Shown in pieces: positions 13,288 to 26,579 of a stretch of DNA of 64,000 bases (positions are counted from its first letter, which is position 1; every line of letters begins with the position of its first letter). The notes below the pieces were generated by a model. It searched no databases. It saw only the letters and a program-made list of their open reading frames with translations, and was not told where the DNA came from. This DNA is from Octopus bimaculoides. Taxonomy: Eukaryota. The stretch spans positions 83,741,044 to 83,805,043 of the forward strand of contig NC_068988.1 in the NCBI RefSeq assembly GCF_001194135.2, read 5' to 3'. Position numbers and translations under genes: made by a program.

Positions 13288-14325
13288 CATCGCTTAACAT
13301 CCACCTTCCATGCTGGCATGGGTGGGACAGTTTGATAAGAGCTGGCCAGGCAGAAGCCTGCACCAGACTTCTGTAACTGTTTTAGCAGGATTTTTACAGC
13401 TGGATGCTCTTCCTAACACCAACCACTCAGCAGAATGGACTTAGTGCTTTTTATGTGACACAAGCACAGGTGAGGTCAGTTTTGGCAAGGTATTACAGCT
13501 GAATGCCCTTCTAAACACCAACCACATTACATCTGGACTGGGTGCTTTTAAGTGGCAACTGCACTGACATGGTCACCAAGTACTTGCAAGACAAAAAAAA
13601 AACTCTTTTGAGAGGGGATGGGGCATTGGAGGAGGTGATCATGTATCAGATGATGAAAAGTTATAGCAAGGCACAGAAAGAGATACAGGTGTCTTGTAGA
13701 GGAGGTACAAGGCTACCCGGCCAGAGGGGGAGAGAGAGAGAGAGAGAGAGAGATCAGGAATGAAGACAGAAACAGGTGCACTGCTGCAAAGGAAATAGAT
13801 AGTTACCAAACCTGGGGGAAGTGCAGGAGAGAGAAAGTGGGAGACAGCAGGGTAGAGATGGTGACAAAATGTTAGGCATACTCACAAGGGATGGGGATCA
13901 GAATATAAATGGGATGGTTGAGTAAAGGAAGAGAAGGATATAGATGGTGGCAAGTGCCAGGGCATACCCTTGAGGTTCAAAGGTTATAATATAAGTGGCA
14001 GGATATTGCAAAAGAAGTAGGATTAAAGAGTGCCAAGCAGGGGGGTGAGTGGTGAAAACCTGGGTATGTATAGTCGGGTGGGGGGGGGGACTACTGGATA
14101 GCAATGATACAGAAAAACAGGGCCATGAGGGCAGGGTTGGGGAGTGAGAGCTAGGCATAGTGTATGAAGGAGGAGAGGTGAGGAAAATATGTAGATTGGT
14201 TTGTTGGGGTAGGGTGTGTGAAAAGTTTTGTTATGTGTGGGTGGGACACATAGGTCGGGGGCTAGCAGATAGCAATGATAGAGTGAGACAGGGTGTGGAG
14301 GGAACACAGTATGAGGGTGCATGGC
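13288..14325 (-). mobile_element. Long non-coding RTE-tailed element (copy B)
   Basis: Reverse complement aligns with 8090..8973, including the tail. Confidence 0.7.
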
Positions 14326-16662
14326 CTTGTAGTTAGGGTGTTGCACTCAGATTGCATGTTGTGGTTTTGATTCCCAAACTCCCAGACTACACACTGCATT
14401 GTATTCTGGTGCAAAACACTTCATTTCGTTGCTCAGCTGTCACTTCAACATTTGACTTGTACCATAAAGTTTTCCATGCTGGTATGGGGTTGGACTATAG
14501 GCAAAGCCAGTTTGAAGGAGATAAGCTATGGTACAGCACAAACATTTGATCACTATAAACAAATCATTTGTGCAGGATGTTCAGCAAGAAATAGAACATT
14601 CACCCGTCGTCTAAGAGAAGACATGATTATTTGTATACACACACACACATATATCAGCATATCATTTAATATCTGCTTTCCATATTGGCATGAGTTGAAT
14701 GGGTCATCACAAACCGAGTTTTGTTCGATAAACTGAACTCACTGAATTATCATGTAAAGTGGTTGAGTATTCCACAGACATATGTATACCCTTAACAAAA
14801 TTCTCAAGTAGAATTAGCATGAGAGTGCAACAAAGCTGGGCCTTTGAATTACAGCTACAATCCATCTGACAAGCTTCCAAACAGTTTCCATTGACCCAAT
14901 TTCACTCACAAGGCTTGGGTTGATCCGATGCCATGATAAAAGACAGCTCAAGATGTCATACAATGAGATCAACCCCACCTTGTAAAAATTCATGAATGAC
15001 GTTGTCCACCAGCCATTGTTATCAAAATTAGATGATTGCAAACTTTTTGGGTGACTGCTAATTGTTAGTAGCATTAAAGTGTCAGATGAAATATTTTGCA
15101 ATATTTATTCCAGCTTACTGCATTCTGAGTTCAAATCCTGAATTCAACTTTGCTTTTCATCCTTCAGGGGTCAATAAACTAAAGTCCCTACAACAATGGA
15201 CAGAATCTTAAGATTGCCTTCCAATATTTATTCTGGCTTTTTGTCTTCTGAGTTCAAATGCTGCATGACCTAAGAGCCTCCAGGAGAGATTGAGATAATA
15301 TCATGAATACACCTACAGTTAAACATGGATATCACCCACGGTGTCCAAACTGCTTAGAACAGTTAACGAGCAATTGTTTACTTGCTTAATGTTATAGACT
15401 GGTTATCGATAATGAAAAGGCTTCGTCCAGAAGTGATCATACTTTGAGTGAGTGTACAAGTAAAACTAGATGAGTTAATTGTATGCTATTGTTCAGTGGT
15501 TGTTTTTTTTTTTCACAAGCCCTTGTTATCTAAGGATGCTTCGGAAAAAAAAAAAAACTAGAAAAGGCATCACACAACAACAAACCGTAGGCCGACCTGT
15601 TAGAAATTGCCATAGCCAATTTTTTAAAAACAGGGTAGTCACGATATGCCTTCAATCTAGGTCTAAACATCAACACAACGTACAAAGCACTTGATTAAAT
15701 GAGTGCATGAAAATACACAAAGGAGACACGAGAGAAAATAATTATTAAGGCAGCAAGCACCATACTACTTCCTCAGAAAACTTGTCTATAAAGTGTATAA
15801 AGATACAGAAAGAATTGCGACTAAATAAAAAAAAACCTTAATGCCAAATGGAAAAAAAATATAGAGAGATGGTCCAACAGATAATTGCAAACACAGTAAA
15901 CACTACACGTCACATAAAATTTTGACGACTAAACGAAATGAACGTTATACACACACATTATATATATATATATACACACACACAAGATGTATATAAAATA
16001 ATTAGCAACGCACAAAACGACCAAACGATACAATTTCACAAAAACTTGAACGAACTGAACGTGTGAAAATATATACAGGAAGACCTGAGAGAATAGCACA
16101 AACACATCAGCTAGAAATAATTGTCAAATCCACCTGAAATTATACGTAACGATCTTTAAAAGGCTAGGGCACATTAGATAACGTAGTCTTAACATACACT
16201 TAAAAAAAACAGGATGGTCGTGGCTGGAATGTGTTTGACTACAGAGAGGATCGATCCCGGTTAAATAAGAACACATACCACACGACACAAAAAAAAATTC
16301 AGTTACACGAATTATAAAAACATGAAAGGGATACAAACGAGTAAAATTAATCACCAACATAATGCAAAATAATACAGTACGTAACAAAATACACACGTTA
16401 AAAAGAAGTTAATTAAATTGATTAATAAAAATAAACAGAGAGAGAGAGAGACAAGAAAAAAGAATTAGCAACACAACACAAAGATGTTGGCCAACGAAGA
16501 CAAGACACACAGAGGGAAATAAACCTGATGGCGACAAACTAAATGAATCGAATGTATAAAGATAAGAGAAAGAGAAACATTAATGAGATAAAAGTATAAT
16601 TAGCAGTAACTACATTAAAACAGCATGCCAAACATTAGCAACTGAGCAAATCGTAAACTTTG

Positions 16663-17120
16663 GACCAATAAATTGGTCAGAAAAACCTGCACCCAATCAA
16701 ACTCAACTGACCGACCCCACCAATGAAAACAAAGAAAACAAACGGCAACACGGAATACAAACTAAATCTTTTATTCCATATTGTCGCTTTTCCGTCGTCA
16801 TTCTCTCTCTCGCTCTCTTGTTTTCGACATTATTACTTCCAGACCGAATTACTCTGGTGACTTATACAATGTAATGGGGCTGTTATCGGTTTTTATTTTG
16901 GAAAAATAAAATAAAAGTATGAATCTTACCTTTGTAGATACTATATAATAAATTGATTATAGGAATGTCAACCCTTGCTAAGTTAAGATGTTGAGATTTT
17001 GATTGGTTAAATTTACTGAATGTTTTCGTGATTGGTGGTGGAACAGACTATAATAGACGGGATATAAATATATCGCTGGCAGATAACGATGGGAGACTAT
17101 TTTAGGACTACGGTGGCACA
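16663..17120 (-). promoter_or_regulatory. Putative NFYC promoter region with several CCAAT boxes
   Basis: ATTGG at 17002-17006 (AACCAATCA on minus) and 17031-17035 (CACCAATCA); palindromic GACCAAT-aa-ATTGGTC at 16663-16678; CCAAT at 16693-16697; CpG retained relative to flanks. Confidence 0.5.
16930..16995 (-). other. NFYC: Probable NFYC 5' non-coding first exon (TSS position approximate)
   Basis: Strong minus-strand donor AAG|GTAAGA at 16930/16929 inside a CpG-retaining zone (about 15.4-17.2 kb). The first coding exon has its own acceptor, so an upstream exon is required. Confidence 0.5.
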
Positions 17121-17503
17121 AAATTGCTAAAATTCAACAATAGCAAAACCGATTTTCGCTATTCACCACTTGGTTTATTCTCATTTGCTCTCATCCTTTA
17201 GAATTATTGCATTTTTTCCTCTCAGTACCTCCTGTCCAAGTTCAATCAGTAGATATTTCAGCTAAACAAACAATAGCTTGCGCTCTATTTTATGCTTTTA
17301 CTTCTATCAGTCATTGGATTGCAGCCATGCTGGAGCAATGCTTTGAAGTACATATTTTAAGTCAGGTATATAAGGTATCGGTCTCTTTTGCCAAACTGCT
17401 AGGATATGGGGATGTAATCAAACCAACACTGGTTGTTAAGTGTGAGAGTATGTGTGTGGGAAACAAAAAGATATGCCTATATTTATATCTAATTATATAC
17501 GCA

Positions 17504-17557
<54 letters not shown>

Positions 17558-17711
17558 GCAAGAGAGTTAGGGGTTGAGGATTCAACCCACTAAGGGATAG
17601 TATCTATCCAATATACTGCTGGAAGGGTACCCAATTATTGTTACACTAGTGTTATACCAAGTGTAATAAGTGGGTGCGAGTAAAAGGGGGGTTATTTTAC
17701 TCTAAATTTAT

Positions 17712-17942
17712 ATAGCAATAAGAAAATGGAGGAGAATATGCGGTATCCATCGACTTGCAGACAGTGTATTCCATTGAATTAATTTATTTATTTTGTAACT
17801 AAAATGACAAAAACCACACATAAGCATCTGTATATTGTGGTTTTTGTCATTTTAGTTACAAAATAAATTAATTAATTCAATGGAATACACTGTCTGCAAG
17901 TTGATGGATACCGCATATTCTCCTCCATTTTCTTACTGCTAT
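17712..17942. repeat. Near-perfect inverted repeat: 107-bp arms, 17-nt spacer (foldback/MITE-like)
   Basis: 17712-17818 versus reverse complement of 17836-17942 differ at 3 positions. Confidence 0.95.
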
Positions 17943-18724
17943 TTATATATATATATATATACAGAACAGGTTTCCATCAGCAAAATTTATGCACAAAGCA
18001 TTGCTTGGCTAAGGACTACAGTAGAAGACACTTGCAGTGCAGTGGGACTGAACCTGAAACCATGTGTTTGGGAAGCAAATATCTTAAGCACACAACTCAC
18101 TGATCTTCCTTCTGAATATTTATTTGCTTATCAAGACATGATTTGCTCTCCTTCCCCCCATTCCACCTCTTCATCATCAGAGTTATCATCATCACCACAA
18201 GCAACATCCTCACCATTCACCACCACCATTACCACCACTGCTGCTACCACCACTGTCTCTGCCACTACCACCATCATTGTCATTGTTCAATGGTTTACTG
18301 GATCACTAGTTCAATAGTTGTCTGTGTCCCCACCTTCCTTAACATTAGATTCAGTCAGATACTGGTTATATGAATCTATCACTGTGGGGGGGAAGGTAGC
18401 CTTCACTGCTTCATTGATGAGGTCATGATAAAGCTGAAACAAGTTTAAAGTTGTTTTCCATATTTAGCAGAAAAATGTGAATAATATTAATCATTCACAA
18501 AATTTTTTTTTTTTTTCAAGATATGATCATTTTTAGTTAGCTTTTTTAATGTTTTATACATTAAATATGTTTAGTACTAACTTAACTTTTGTTTCTTTTT
18601 ATGTGGATGGTGTCTATGAATAAATTATCCTCTGAACATTTTTGCCACACCAGCAAATTTACAATATTGTCTATATATATATATATATACACATACATAC
18701 ATACATACACACATATATATATAA

Positions 18725-19860
18725 TCATGATCATCATCATTTAACATTTGTTCTCCATGCCGGCGTGTGTTGGACAGATTGAGAGGTGATGGCCAGCTGG
18801 AGAGCTGCCCATCCTGCATTTTGTCTGTCCTGGCATAGTTTTTATGGCCGCATGCCCTTCCTAATGCCAATTGCTTTACAATGTGTACTGGGAGCTTTTA
18901 CATGGCATTGGCAAAGGTTTTTTATGCGGCACCTGCATGGGCACTTTTACATGCCACTGGCAGATAACAATGGATCAGTGTTTTGTCTGTTTTCTTGTTT
19001 CTTAGAACTTTGCTCTTTGTTAAATTAACTCTAAGGTCCTTTGGTTCCAAACCTTGCTTCCACACCTGAAATCTCTTCTTTAGTTCTGATAGAGATTCAG
19101 CAATAAGAACAAGATCATTAGCACAGAAGAGCTGACAAGAGCAGACAGTCTTCAATTCCTCTGTTGTGGCCTGGAGGACTATGATAAACAAGAGGGGGCT
19201 GAGAACTGATCCTTGGTGAATTCCTACCTGTACACTAAATTCCTTGCTATACTCATTGCCAACTTTCACCTTACTGACAGCATCCCTGTACATGGTTTGT
19301 ACAGCTCTCACCAACTACTCATCTATCCCTGGCTTCCATATTGCCATTCAGATAAGGAAGTGGGGAATTCTGTCAAAGGCTTCTCCATATCAACAAGAGC
19401 CAAATATAGAGACTTATTTTTAGCTAAATACTTCTACAGTTGCCTCACCAGGAAGATAGCATTAGTAGTGCCCCTTCCTGGCACAAAACCAAACTGTATC
19501 TCACTTAGACTAACTCTTCTTAATTAATTGAGCTATGACCCTTTCTGTAACTTCACCACCTGGTCCCGCAATTTGATATCTCTGTAATTATTTCTGTCTA
19601 AAAGGTGTCACCTTTACCTTTGTAGCAGTTGACTATAATACATTCATAGGGTGTGACTTCCTTGTGGAATACCTGATTATCTATGCAGGACACTAGGCCA
19701 TATCCCACTCATCCAAATATTTTAAGCATCTCAGTGGTGATTCCTGATGTGCTGGAGGATTTTCCTGTCTTCATATCCTTAATTGCTTTATCGACATCTC
19801 AGCAGTGATTTCCGATGGGCTGGGGGTGGGGGGAAGTATACATATATCTTCTGAAATTTC
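18725..19860 (-). mobile_element. Internally deleted RTE LINE relic
   Basis: ORF 18922..19314 GIHQGSVLSPLLFIIVL...LFCANDL; (CAT)n tail at the left. Confidence 0.88.
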
Positions 19861-19889
19861 CATAATTTAGATAATTAGTGTTTAATGCT

Positions 19890-21818
19890 CATCATCATCA
19901 TCATCATCGTTTAACGTCTGCCTTCCATGCTAGCATGGGTTGGACGTTTTGACTGAGGACTGGCGAACCAGATGGCTACACCAGGCTCCAATCTGATTTG
20001 GCAGAGTTTCTACAGCTGGATACCCTTCCTAACGCCAACCACCCAGAGAGTGTAGTGGGTGCTTTTACGTGCCATCGGCGTGAAGGCCAGTCAGGCAGTA
20101 CTGGCAACGGCCACACGCAAAATGGTGTATTTTACGTGCCACCTGCACAGGAGCCAGTCCAGCGGCACTGGCAACGACCTCGCTCAGATGTCTTTTCATG
20201 TGCCGCCAGCACAAGTGCCAGTAAGGCGACGCTGGTAATGATCACGCTCAAATGGTGCTATTTATGTGCCACCAGCACAGAAGCCAGACAGCTGATCTGG
20301 CAATGATCACGCTCGGACGGTGCTGTTAGCGCTCCACTGGTACAGGTGCCATCATGATTTTGCTTTCACTTGCCCCAACAGGTCATTGCAAGACGAGTTT
20401 AGTGTCCAATGAAGGAGAGGTTGGCATGGGAGCCAGCCGTCGAATTTGGTTTGATTTTGATTTCACTTGCCTCAACAGGTCTTCACAAGCGGAGTTTAGT
20501 GTCCAATGAAGGAAAGGTACACATAAGTGGGCTAGCTACACCCCTGGCAGACACCTCGGATTATGGTCTCACATGGCTTGCCGGGTCTTCTCACACACAG
20601 CATATTTCCAAAGGTCTCGGTCAGAAGTCATTGCCTTCATGAAGCCTAATGTTTGAAGGTCGTGCCTCACCACCTCATCCCAGGTCTTCCTCTTTCACAG
20701 GTTCCCTCAACTGCTAGGGTGTGGCACTTTTTCACACAGCTATCATCATCCATTCTCACCACATGACCATACTAGTGCAATTGTCTCTCTTGCACACCAC
20801 AACTTATGCTTCTTAGGTTCAACTTTTCTCTCAAGGTACTTACACTCCATTGAGTATGCACACTGACATTACACATCCAGCGGACCATACTGGCTTCATT
20901 CCTTGCGAGCTTACGCATGTCCTCAGCAGTCATGGCCCAGTTTCACTGCCTTGTAGCATGGCTGTTTGTACACATGCGTCATACAGTCTGCCTTTTACTC
21001 TGAGTGAGAGGCCCTTTGTCACCAGCAGAGATAGGAGCTACCTTCCTACTTATTAGGACTTTGGTTTTAGCTAGGTTGACTCTAAGGCCCTTCAATTCTA
21101 GTCCTTCCTTCCACACCTGAAACTTCTCCGCTAGTTCCGATAGTGACTCAGCAATTAGCGCAAGGTCATCAGCATAGAGGAGCTCCCAGGGGCATCCTGT
21201 CTCGAATAAGAGGGGGTTGAGGACTGATCCTTGGTGGACCCCTACTCCTACCTGGAATTTTTCACTGTATTTGTTGCTAACAATCACCTTACTGACAACA
21301 TCTCTGTACATGGCTTGCACAGTTCTCACTAACCATTCATCTATCCCTAGTTTCCTCATTGACCACCAGATAAGGGATCAGTGGACCCTGTCAAAGGCTT
21401 TCTCCATGTCAACAAAAGCTAGGTACAGAGGTTTATCTTTGGCTAGGTATTTCTCTTGCAGCTGTCTTACCAGAAATATAGCATCAGTGGTGCTTTTCCC
21501 TGACACAAACCCAAACTGCATCTCATCTAAGCTGACTCTCTCCCTAATTAGTTGGGCTATGACCCTCTCCATGACTTTCATTACCTGATCCAACAACTTG
21601 ATACCTCTGTAATTATTTGTATCTAGAGCGTCACCTTTACCTTTTTAGCAGTTGACTATGGTGCTGCTACACCAGTCATTGGGTATGACTCCTTCGTGTA
21701 TCACCTGGTTAGCAATACGGGTGACTAGGCTATAGCCGACACTGCCAGATATTTTGAGCATCTCTGCAGTGATTCCTGATGGACCAGGTGCTTTCCCTGT
21801 CTTCATATTCTTAATTGC
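19890..21818 (-). mobile_element. 5'-truncated RTE LINE with expanded 3' UTR repeats
   Basis: ORFs 21378..21596 and 20979..21359 (GVHQGSVLNPLLF, ELLYADDL); tail (CAT)n at 19890. Confidence 0.92.
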
Positions 21819-22489
21819 TCAAACAAACAAGTCCTACAGTTCCTAGATGAAATATTACTCACTCCCACAAAATGCGCATTCTTAACTCAGTACCATGATT
21901 CCTGTAAGACCATTATCCAAACTACAAAATATGTCTTCATACATTGCATAATCCTCAAGTTCTCTTCTATATATAGTTTATTTAGTATGATGGGTATACA
22001 TGCTGAAGGCTTGGGTGTATCAAAGAACAAATAGTTGTCTGTACACACAAACAACAGTCACATCAATACAGGATTGCAGTATTCAGCTGTGTAACCATGT
22101 GAAAAGATTAAAATATTACCTTTACATGGCACAAGTGTAATAAGACAACCTGCCTTATTGAGTTGGAAGTCAGAGGATAACTAGTTAAGGCTTCTCTCCC
22201 CTCTTCTGTCTGTTATAATTCAAACATTATCTCATCCTGCACATTCATTGCATGAATTTATACAACTAACCAATACAGATATTTCTAGATGACCAAATCT
22301 TTCTTCGTCCTTTTGATACTAACCTGCCTGAGACCATTCTTGGTTCTATAATACAAACTCACTGTTTTAAAGTAATCTAAATTAAAACCTGCCATCAAAA
22401 TTTCATATTAACATATGTTCCAAATACTAGCTTAATAACAACAAAGTGGCAGCAACATATGACAAATAAATGCCTTTATGGAGACCCGC

Positions 22490-22775
22490 TGAAAGTTAGT
22501 GAGAGGATCGGGTAAAGACAGCTGTGACTATCTGGTCACTGCATGCACCACCCTGAACTGGAAGCATCCAAATTAGTCTTGTGAAAGCCACTTCATGGTG
22601 ATGTAAGAAGAGGAAAATGTCATCACACTTACATCAACAACTTGATTGTAGACATTGGCCTGGAGTGTATTCAGGACCTTGAGATAGTGATGATGGACTA
22701 AAAAATATGGCAGGTGGACTTTGTTGCTGCAGCCTGGGTCGGAACCTGGCCATAATAATAATAATAATAATAATA
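22490..22775 (+). mobile_element. 3' end of a second RTE-type non-LTR family with (TAA)n tail
   Basis: Degenerate GHCMHHPELEASKLVLW.P.HG..RRG...TYINNL..D.GL motif followed by (ATA)n. Confidence 0.65.
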
Positions 22776-22989
22776 AAGGCAATGTATTTCAACAGAAATA
22801 CGATCACATAAAGGTTAAATCACATCCCACCATCTTAAAAAGGACACATTGGATAATGAAATGTGAGACAGACTACATCTAAAAGAAAATTTCTTTAAAC
22901 CTCAAAAACTGAGCAACTTTGATCAAGACTGATCTGGGATTTAACAACCTTAGACATATGATATCAAAATGAAAGACAGGATGATTATA

Positions 22990-24900
22990 GGTGGATTGGC
23001 ATTAGTCTAATATCTACTTGTTGAGAGCCAACTTGGTGTGTCCACCATGAAAGACATCACAGCCATAGTGAACCCAAGGAAATGGAATCATCAAAAGGAC
23101 TCTAGTTGCTTGTTGTGTTCAAGGGAAAGGGTGTGTATGCAATGATAGATTCTTATGCATGCAGTGTTTACATTTTCTGCCTTTGAAGGCAACGTGATTG
23201 GCACAACCCCAGTGCAATATGCTGTTGGATGCAAAACAGGCAGTAAAAGCAAGAGGTTTCTCCATGGGAGGATTGCTCACAGAACCATCATGGTTGAGAA
23301 GTAGAAGGATGATTCCATTGAAGGAGATCCTTTTAGCAGAGATCAGAAAGATTGGCCATATTTTGGGAGGCAACAGGACTTGAGGATTGTGCAATGTATG
23401 AAGACATATTTTGTAGTTTGGTCTTGCAAGAATTATGGTACTGTGTTAAGAAAGCGTATTTTGTGGGAGTGAGCAATATTTTTTCTAGGAATTGTAGGAC
23501 TTGTTTGTTTGATGAAAAAAATTTTTTTTAAGTGAATACTTGAACTGCTGTAAGACAGCAATGAGTGAACCAATCATGAGACATGTAATTATAAGTTTTT
23601 GTTTGTATATTGTTCATATTGGTACAGGTATGGGTGTGTGGTTAAGAAGTTTACTCATCAACCACGTGTTTTTAGGTTCAGTCCTACTGCATGGCACCTT
23701 GGGTGTCTTCTACTGAAGCCACAAGCTGATCAAAGCCTTGTGAGTAGATTTGGTAAACGAAAAATATCTGGCCATAATATTCTACCTGCTTTATGTTCAA
23801 ACTGGTCAGATGTGGCCTCTCACACCAATCCTACAATATTATTTTAAAAATTAACAGTTACCTCATCAAAATCTCAAAACTACAAGATAATGTATGATTA
23901 ATTCAAAACAATGTGATTAAATAAGCAATACTTTTGATAGAATAATGTGAATTCTAAAGGGCTAAAGTGCTATGGGGTCCAGTGGGGTTGGAGGAATGTA
24001 TTGTGCAGTGTGGATGTATGTTGGGTAGTCACAATAAAGCAGAAATCAGATGATCCAATAGGTGCAAAGACAGTTTATGGTCTTGTAGAATACAACATGG
24101 TATTTTGTCAGACATTCTGACAGTCCACTATCCTCACAACATAAAATAATAGTTTCTAATTTTGGCATAAGGGTAGCTATTTCAGGGTTGTGGGCAAGTT
24201 GATTACATAGATCCTATCACTCAACTGGTACTTGTTTTATTAACCCTGAAAGGATGAAAGGTAAAATTAACCTCGGCAGAATTTGAACTCAGAATGTAAA
24301 GATGGATGAAATGCTGCTAAACATTTTGTCCAGATTGCTAACAATTCTGCTAGCTCAGGATACATAAAATATAATAACTTTCTTCATTCAACATCTGTGG
24401 AGGTTGAATTTGGAGTTGAGAAAGAGATCAACAATGTTCAGAGTGTGTCTGTCAGTTTGGGATATGTGAAATGGATGAAATGAGTTGATGATGAAAGTTG
24501 AGGATAGCAAAAAGTTCGGTGGCATCAGTGTTGAATGAGGGCCAAGAAGTCATTGAGGATGATGAATTCATAAAGGGATGAAGTGAGATATGTCCTCAAT
24601 TCAGGAGGACACATGGTCAAAGAGTTGTTGGTAATTTGAGGAATTTGGAGGATAGTAGAAGCAAAATTATTATCTTGTATTTTTTTTTCAATGATTTATA
24701 TCTATTTTTATCTGGGTAGGTTGAATTTATTTGATTTTGAACTTAATGATATTACAGTTAACCAACTGCTTTCCTAGTAAGATTTCCCAGTATAGGTTGT
24801 ATGCCATACGGAGTCAAGAGTACATATAATAAGGAACTTTTTCATCATTTAGACAAACAGGAACTCTAAATAAAAAGCAGATGGTCTGTATCTGCAATAA
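22990..24900 (-). mobile_element. Highly degenerate CR1/L2-group LINE (EN and EN-RT linker), interrupted by a SINE and a MITE
   Basis: Minus-strand peptides FCFYYPPNSSNYQQLFDHVSS (about 24.6 kb) and NHDGSVSNPPMEKPLAFTACFASNSIL (about 23.2 kb) resemble CR1-group pol segments. Confidence 0.55.
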
Positions 24901-26579
24901 TCATTTTCTAAAATTCAGAAATTTGGATATGTTTGAATACTGTGGGAAGATAAGAAACTTGATAGTTCAAGTAAAGTCAGTAAAATAAATACCTTAAAAG
25001 GTTAATAGTAGCATAGAAGATAAACATTAAAAAAATGGCTTTGCTTAATGTACTCTTGTCTTTCCAAGATTGAACAAGCTTATCTAAATTTGTGAATCTT
25101 ATCAAATGACTTTTACTAATACAGACCACTTCAGTTTCTATGTATCTCATCCATTCACAAGGTAACGGTCAGCTTAGAGCTTTAGCTGAAGACACTTGCC
25201 CAAAGCATCACACAGTGGACTGTATCTGAAATCAATGTTTTTGGGAAACAAATTTAGCCACAAAACTACACCTGTGCCTGCACAATTGTTTTCAAATTTT
25301 TTGTTATTACAACTTCAATTGTAATATCAAGTAATTATGGGCTGAATTGAAGTGAAATTATTACTATTAAAGGGTTACCTCTCTAACATTTGTAACACTA
25401 ATGGACAACAAAAAAGAAAAACATTACTTGTTCATTTTCAACAGTTATGTCAGATATTAAAGAGGTGACAAAGGCAAAATATACATTTATGAAAATGGCT
25501 TAAAAAATAAGAAAACACACTGCTACAAAGTAAGATTGCAGTTCTTTGTCAAAGTAGAAATAGGAACTTCAATAAAATTAAAACTACAAAGTGATATGGA
25601 TATACATCCAATGAACAGTGTCTTGACTGCAGCTAAAGGCATGTAACCAATCAACTCTTTACTTTCTTACTAACCGTTATAAAAACAGCATAATAGGAAA
25701 GGGAAGTTGTTGTTTAGCCCTGATTGAGTAGATGTCTGGCCAAACGCTCTCAAAAGTGTTCTTGCAGACTATATTATCCAACTGTGTTCCATTTTTTCAA
25801 GACAGTGGGATATAGTTTTAGAGAGATTTGGCTGCTATTCCTAGCAGATTCAGCAACCTCCTAGAAACTCCTTCTTTAGCTCGAGGAGAGAAGAATTTAG
25901 ATATATCAATCTAATTAAGTAATCTGATAAAAAGATTTTACATTTCACAATAATAAGACATCTATAATATTAGAGGAGTTTAGATATTGTCCACATCAGT
26001 CTTAAGATGTTAACTTCTGCATGAGTATCAGAAGGAAATAATTCGCCTAATCTTGACAATTTAATTGCCTACACCTGATTCTTTCTAACCTGCAAAATCA
26101 CAAACAGCTACAACCTAAATCCTATTAAGGGATCAGTGACAATACAAAGACTTCCAGGTCCCTGAAAAAAAAAGCTATGAGGAGGTATGGTTCACTGCTA
26201 TACAAGGTAGAACCTTGTATAAAAGATGTAATTTTTCACGAGGAAATTCATCAGGCCGTAACGGAAATCCTCGTAGTCAGGAAGAGGTCTTTCCAAGAGG
26301 TGTAATAAAGGCGGTTATATCACCACAACAACCACATTAACAGTAATGTCACGAAGAATAACCACAACCCCACCAGCGAGAGAACTTCTATCTGGTCCTT
26401 TGATCTGCTAGAAATAGCAGCTAAATCGTCATCAAACTATACCCTACTGTTTAAAAACACGATTGGATACATTGAATAACTAGATAGAAAAGACGAGATC
26501 GTCATAGCTAGAAATGTTTTTAACCATAAGTATATTCAATCGGGGTTAAGTTGTTGGGAGGCTGAATTAACACCAAAAA

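Noticed and set aside
18405-18455. TTGATGAG...GAAAC motif (similar weak case at about 22000-22050)
   Set aside because: Core C missing and stems I/II unpaired; indistinguishable from chance.
26225-26280. Minus-strand CTGATGA...GAAA
   Set aside because: No credible stem II, stem III or NUH/stem I pairing.
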